From a virus: a stretch of 64,000 nucleotides of DNA. A model generated the notes under the pieces. The model saw nothing but the letters and a program-made list of their open reading frames with translations. It searched no databases and had not been told where the DNA came from. This document shows positions 59,020 to 64,000 of the stretch, piece by piece. The stretch lies in IMG/VR virus record IMGVR_UViG_3300017971_000203, one strand, 5' to 3'. Position 1 is the stretch's first letter. Each line of letters begins with the position of its first letter. Made by a program: the position numbers and the translations under genes.

Positions 59020-59785
59020 GTCCGTCTCCTTTGATAGGACCGAGGGCAGCCCCGCCGAGGCACCGGGCCATATAGTCCCTGTGATGCACATCCACACATC
59101 CACGCAGACACTGCACGCGAAAGCCCTCGGACACCCCTACGACTCCCAGGGAGGCACCGCACTTCCAGCACCGTAGTATCAACGGCTGCAAGCGGGGCGG
59201 CTCCTTGTCTGGATCTCCGCCCATCACGCACTCGAAAGCGCGCTCGGCCCACTCCTCGAGCATCACCAAGTCCCGCCGGGGAAGCTTCTCAAAAGGCTCC
59301 CCGAGCCCTCGGAAATCGATCCCGTGGAGATTTTTCGCGAACTCCGTAACAGACCCTTCCAGAAACTCGTAGAAAAGACGCTGGAGCTTTTCGATTATGG
59401 GGGGCACCTGCTCCGCCGGCGGATCGTCCGATCCACCTTCGACCTCGGCTTCGAGGGCCCGCTTCAGCTCTCCGAAACTGAAAAACACGGGGATCCCGAG
59501 TTCCTTGGCCCGTTCCACCTCACCAGAACCACCCGCGGAGTAGCCTCCGATCCGGAGCACAGCATCGCAACGCTCCACCCACTCGTAGGACCATTCCACC
59601 CAGTACTTCTCGGGCATGGGTGTGACCATGTTCCACAGAATGCCCGTGTGGGGCACGAACGGGATCACGTTCAGTTCCATGAAGATCCGCTCGCCCACCA
59701 ACATCGCCTCGCGGCAGTTGATCTCCCGCGGAGTATCCCCGTCCCCCTGGATGGGGCCAGAAACGTACACGTACTTGATGCCCAC
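59012..59785 (-). CDS. DUF4406/nucleoside 2-deoxyribosyltransferase-like protein
   Basis: YVYVSGPI, PFVPH, RCDAVLRIGGYSAG...E...AKELGIPVF. Confidence 0.8.
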   Translation of the reverse strand: MGIKYVYVSGPIQGDGDTPREINCREAMLVGERIFMELNVIPFVPHTGILWNMVTPMPEKYWVEWSYEWVERCDAVLRIGGYSAGGSGEVERAKELGIPVFFSFGELKRALEAEVEGGSDDPPAEQVPPIIEKLQRLFYEFLEGSVTEFAKNLHGIDFRGLGEPFEKLPRRDLVMLEEWAERAFECVMGGDPDKEPPRLQPLILRCWKCGASLGVVGVSEGFRVQCLRGCVDVHHRDYMARCLGGAALGPIKGDGRG

Positions 59786-59814
59786 GTAGAACCTCCTCGT
59801 GACAGCCGATCAGG

Positions 59815-59843
59815 ACGCTATCAGGTCAAAGCAGGATTGTCAA
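59815..59843 (-). promoter_or_regulatory. sigma70-type promoter
   Basis: TTGACA-17-TAGCGT. Confidence 0.75.
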
Positions 59844-60094
59844 GAGCCCTTGTTCTTGAGCCTCTCCGCCCTTGTTCTTGAGCCCCTCCATTGTCGCACA
59901 GAGAAGCTTGTAGAGCTCCTGTCCGAGCTCCTGGAGGTCTTCGGGTGTCGACCCCTGGGGGACACCTGTCCCAGCGGGCACGTTGCACTCGGGACAACGC
60001 AGCTGCATGGTATCGCCCCCTCCATCCGAGTCATTCGTATGGAAGCTGAAGACGGTCCGTGTGCAGCAGCTCGGGCACAGCAGAGACGAGCCTT

Positions 60095-60475
60095 CTACAC
60101 GGGGTCCCTCGGCGGTATCAGGGACGGAGTCAGAAGAGCTCTCTCGAAAGGCCATCCTTTCTTCATCCTATGGATCAGGGTCGTCCGGGCCACTCCACAG
60201 CGCGGGTCCCTCGCCCACTCTGCCAGGGTCATCCGGTCCCCCTCGTACTCGTAGAATCGGCGCGGCTTGGTCAGGGGGCGCTCCTCGCGTTTCCGTGGGG
60301 ACGGAGCCCGCAAGATGGCAGGATCGAATCGATGCCTCCCCCGGATCCTATAGTTGCCGCTCTTGAGGCGCGTCCGCAAGCGTTTGTAGCCGATCTCACA
60401 CCGCGGATCCTTCGACCACTCGTGGAGCGTCTTGCGCTCTCCCTCGATCTCCAACCGTCTCCATACGCCGCCCAT
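60095..60475 (-). CDS. Two-repeat DNA-binding protein (homing-endonuclease C-terminal type)
   Basis: EGERKTLHEWSKDPRC / EGDRMTLAEWARDPRC...GWPFERAL. Confidence 0.75.
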   Translation of the reverse strand: MGGVWRRLEIEGERKTLHEWSKDPRCEIGYKRLRTRLKSGNYRIRGRHRFDPAILRAPSPRKREERPLTKPRRFYEYEGDRMTLAEWARDPRCGVARTTLIHRMKKGWPFERALLTPSLIPPRDPV

Positions 60476-60495
60476 CGGGCACCTCCTTGGAGCCT

Positions 60496-60523
60496 AGTAT
60501 AGGCACCTTGACGGAAGTGTCAA
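60496..60523 (-). promoter_or_regulatory. sigma70-type promoter
   Basis: TTGACA-16-TATACT. Confidence 0.7.
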
Positions 60524-61209
60524 GCGCGTACTACACAGACTGCTCGGGTTCTTCGGACTTCTCGGGCTCCGGCGGCATGGGTGCGGAACCGGCGATCCTC
60601 TCCTCGAGACTCGAACGGTGCGGCGCCTCCCTATCCTCCGCCTCCCGCTGCTTCCTCCAGAAGTTCTCACGTGTCGCCTGCTCCACATCCATCTGAACGA
60701 TCCCGGGTCTCCCTCCAGCCGACAGGTCCTCCGGGGTCACATCAGGATGAGGATGGGATACGAGCGTCGTTTTCAGCGGTACTACGCTGTAGGGAGCCGG
60801 CGTTGAATCCTTTATGAGGTCCACGGTACTCTGAGCCATCTCAAGGGAGAGCCCGGTGTGAAGGGCCAAGGTCTCCGCGGCACGGTCTCCGTCAGCATCG
60901 CGCTCGCGTCGGAAGATCAGCCGCCCGTCGTTGACGAGAAAGCGTTCGAACCCGGACGCTTTCGCGAACTCCACGATTCGATGGAGATCGTCCATGGGGA
61001 TCGCGCCCTGGACCGTCATCCGGGCATCCGTGCATTCGATTGTGTAATCCCTGCTCATTTTGTCCTCCAGAAGGGCCAACGCCCCGGAAAAGTCCACTAC
61101 CCAGAAGCTAATAGGACAGCGCCAAATCGTCAAGTGCATAGGGCTTCGGTCGTGCGACACGCGGCTCTCTGGTAGAATTTTATGGGACATAAGACTTGGG
61201 GAGGGACCC

Positions 61210-61779
61210 ATGGCGACCGAACAAAAGCAAGGTGGAAGAAACGAAAACGGAGGAAACGGAGCAGCCATTCACAAAGAGGCCACCAGAACTGTTGCGCGCG
61301 CCTTCCGATCCAAGCCGGCCCAAATTGTCGCCATCATCGTGGCCTGCGCCTTCATGCTCTCCCTGCTGTCCACTGCGGCCTGGTGGGTATTCGACACCGC
61401 CCTCGACATGAGGGAACGCCTGGCAGAGAGCGAAAGGAAGCTCAAAGCGGCCGAAGAAGAACAGGGGAAGACGAAGGCCCAGCTCCAGAAGAAAGTCGAC
61501 CAGGTCGATAAGCAAGACCAGGAGCTCGATGAAGTCATGACGGCAACGGAAGACTCAACTGCCATCCAGGACGCCCGGCTCGACTTGCTGGCCATCGAAA
61601 TCGAGGAGCTGAAGGCCGAGATCGCCGCTCTCCGGGGTGAAACGACTATGGTTGACACTTTGGTAGCCCCCCTGAAGGACATGGAGCGGGAGGCACGGAA
61701 AAAAGCCGCCGAGGAAGCGCCCCCGAAACCACGAAGCGACCGAGTCAGAGCAGACGGGGTTGTACAGTTCAAAAAATGA
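61210..61779 (+). CDS. Single-TM coiled-coil protein (i-spanin-like)
   Basis: TM IVAIIVACAFMLSLLSTAAWWVF followed by heptads. Confidence 0.6.
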   Translation: MATEQKQGGRNENGGNGAAIHKEATRTVARAFRSKPAQIVAIIVACAFMLSLLSTAAWWVFDTALDMRERLAESERKLKAAEEEQGKTKAQLQKKVDQVDKQDQELDEVMTATEDSTAIQDARLDLLAIEIEELKAEIAALRGETTMVDTLVAPLKDMEREARKKAAEEAPPKPRSDRVRADGVVQFKK

Positions 61780-61902
61780 ACAGGATGTCCCTGGAGATGA
61801 TGAGGGCATCCTTATCTAGATCCTACTGCACCCGCCCTTTTGGTTTTGCGGGTTGTCGAAATGCCGCCTCGCTGTCCATAATGAGCGAAGGCGCCCGGGG
61901 AG

Positions 61903-62256
61903 GTGTCGATGATGAATGACCGCGACCGTGAACTGTTGCGAGAAATGACTGAGGCCTATCACAAACTCGGTCTAGCTCTTCGGGAGCTCTCAGTGCTGCA
62001 GGACTCACATAGACAACAGCTGGACGGACTCGAACAGATGTTGTTCCGGGGTTCGTGCTCGATGCAATCGAAAGTAGCCATCCTGGAGACGCGCATGGAG
62101 GAGCAACAGCGCGTATGCCAGGAAACCAGGACAAAATCAAGCACACATTCAGCAGCTCGCATCGGCAGCAAAGCAACGGTCCTCGCCGCCTGGATCGGCG
62201 GCACCATCACCTTCCTCGTGGCTCTGATCAGTCTCATCATCCAACTCAAAAGCTGA
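61903..62256 (+). CDS. Coiled-coil protein with C-terminal TM
   Basis: VLAAWIGGTITFLVALISLII. Confidence 0.65.
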   Translation: MSMMNDRDRELLREMTEAYHKLGLALRELSVLQDSHRQQLDGLEQMLFRGSCSMQSKVAILETRMEEQQRVCQETRTKSSTHSAARIGSKATVLAAWIGGTITFLVALISLIIQLKS

Positions 62257-62473
62257 AGGAGCCTCCCATGGCGCCCTCCCGTGAGGAAGAAGGTATGTCC
62301 AAGCCGCGCAAGCTGTCCGAAGACGCCCTCGAACACTTGAGACGTGCACGGCGCATGCTCGGCGTTCCAGACTCCCAGCTGGAACAGGACGAACGGAAGG
62401 CAAAGAGGGAGTTCGACAATTCAAACTTCGAATTCCCTGAGCTGCAGAGCGCCTGAGCGATCACGGAGCCGAC

Positions 62474-62980
62474 ATGCGAAAGCGCACCCCCGACGAAATC
62501 AGAGCCTTCGTGCGCGAGCACAAGGTCCAGATCCTTCCGAAAAAAGCCTCCTGGCTCATGCGCGCCTGTGCGTGGTTCCTGTACTGGACCTGGATCAACC
62601 GGGATTTCATGGACCGCTACACGACCACCGTCGGGAAAAAGATCTACTACCGAGAATCCTGGGGCGACTTCGACATCAACAGCGACACCCACGTGCGGCG
62701 ACACGCCAGCACCCTCGAGCACGAGTTCGTCCACGTGCTCCAATACAAGAAATGGTGGCTCCTCTACCAGTTCACCTACCTCCTCGTGTTCCTGCCGCTA
62801 GGCTTGGCCTGGTTCCGTTTCTACTGGGAGCGCGAAGCCTACCAGGTAAACCGCCTCTACGGCAGAAACATCGAGAGCTGCGTGGACGCCCTGTGGAGCT
62901 ACGGCTGGCCCTGGCCGCGCTCCCGCATGCGTAAGTGGTTCGAAAACCACCCCGTGGAAGACACCGCCCTCGCAGCCTGA
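62474..62980 (+). CDS. HEXXH protein (DUF4157-like)
   Basis: TTTVG, LEHEFVHVLQY, WEREAY. Confidence 0.75.
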   Translation: MRKRTPDEIRAFVREHKVQILPKKASWLMRACAWFLYWTWINRDFMDRYTTTVGKKIYYRESWGDFDINSDTHVRRHASTLEHEFVHVLQYKKWWLLYQFTYLLVFLPLGLAWFRFYWEREAYQVNRLYGRNIESCVDALWSYGWPWPRSRMRKWFENHPVEDTALAA

Positions 62981-62991
62981 CGGAGACCGAC

Positions 62992-63264
62992 ATGGCCAAC
63001 ATGGACACCTTCAACAACATCTGGACCAAGCTGGGCGGCAGGAAGCTGATCGCGTTCATCCTGGGGCTCGCTGTCTTGGTTCTATTGGCGTACTTCGATA
63101 AGCTGACCGACAATGCGCTCTGGGGCGTGCTCGGTCTCGCCAGCCTCTTGACCGGAGGTAACACAGCAGAACACATCGCATCAGCCTGGAAGAGTCGAGC
63201 AGCGGCCTTCCTGGGAACCTCACCAGACACAAAGGTGGAAGCGGAGGAAAAAGAGGATGGATAA
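62992..63264 (+). CDS. Holin-like two-TM protein
   Basis: GRKLIAFIL...; second TM; GN motif. Confidence 0.6.
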   Translation: MANMDTFNNIWTKLGGRKLIAFILGLAVLVLLAYFDKLTDNALWGVLGLASLLTGGNTAEHIASAWKSRAAAFLGTSPDTKVEAEEKEDG

Positions 63265-63958
63265 GCACACCGAGATTACCGAAGGGATCCTGGGAGGCAT
63301 CGAAGAGGCCTACGATTGGGCCGACATCATGAGAGCCGCCGAGGTGAAGCAGAAAGAGGGCCGAAAGAGGGGTAAACAGAACAAGGTCAAGGACATCAAG
63401 CCTCTCGGACGCTTCAAGTCCCTCGAGATTCCGAAAGACGATGAACCCGAAGCGAAATCCGGCACCAAGCCCAAGGCCACTCGCCGCTACTCCGGGCTCG
63501 ACTACAAGGGACTCACGGCATCCGAAAAGAAGGCCATGGAAGTCTTCGTCAAGAAGACCTGGGGGAAGAAGGGCCCAAAGGGAGACATCAAGCGCTTCCT
63601 CAAGACCCGGAAAAAGATCAGCATCGTCCCGCACAAGAACGACCCTTCCATGGTAGTCGTGCGCCTGCTGGGCACCTCCACAGCGTCCCGCAAAGACATG
63701 GAGAACTTCCTCACCGTGCTCGGAGCCCCTACCAAGGGCGTCCGGGTAGGCTACAAGCGCACCATGGCGTTCATCTCGAAGGAGATGATCCCCATCATGA
63801 AGGCAATCAAGGAAGGCGTAGAACGCTTCGGAGACATGCTGATCGAAGCACTGAAAACCGACGTCGGGGTCCTCAATGAGGACGACCAGAGCACCTGGAG
63901 AGACGCACTCGACGGCCGCACACCACCCCAGGAGAAAGCCCCCACAGCGGCACCCTGA
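63257..63958 (+). CDS. Basic hypothetical protein
   Basis: 233 aa, Lys-rich. Confidence 0.7.
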   Translation: MDKHTEITEGILGGIEEAYDWADIMRAAEVKQKEGRKRGKQNKVKDIKPLGRFKSLEIPKDDEPEAKSGTKPKATRRYSGLDYKGLTASEKKAMEVFVKKTWGKKGPKGDIKRFLKTRKKISIVPHKNDPSMVVVRLLGTSTASRKDMENFLTVLGAPTKGVRVGYKRTMAFISKEMIPIMKAIKEGVERFGDMLIEALKTDVGVLNEDDQSTWRDALDGRTPPQEKAPTAAP

Positions 63959-64000
63959 GGAACAACCAAGGAGACGGGCAGCATGGACGAGATCATCTAC

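Overview
GC-rich segment of a large lytic-type bacteriophage genome (T4-like/jumbo-phage accessory or early region). It holds densely packed, mostly minus-strand small hypothetical genes behind a series of sigma70-type promoters, switching to plus-strand membrane/lysis-like genes after ~61.1 kb. Recognisable genes: RNA ligase, HAD phosphatase, serine recombinase, Bro-N protein, GNAT, HNH and GIY-YIG nucleases, papain-like protease, HD-type protein, SLOG protein, and degenerate pieces of T4-type portal, prohead protease and possibly terminase. I saw no rRNA, tRNA, CRISPR array or reverse transcriptase. The standout feature is at 14087-17405 (-): an FGE-sulfatase/C-type-lectin-fold gene whose 0 frame continues as a ~670-codon stop-free Ser/Gly/Pro linker. 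Its -1 frame holds a tandem array of alternative C-terminal modules (RGG-x-GFRI-stop). Twelve modules each start at an in-register C_CCU_UUN slippery heptamer with an upstream Shine-Dalgarno-like sequence. This looks like a serial -1 programmed-frameshift system making ~13-15 receptor-variant isoforms from one gene, i.e. DGR-like diversification without a reverse transcriptase. All assignments are by manual motif recognition; no database search was run.
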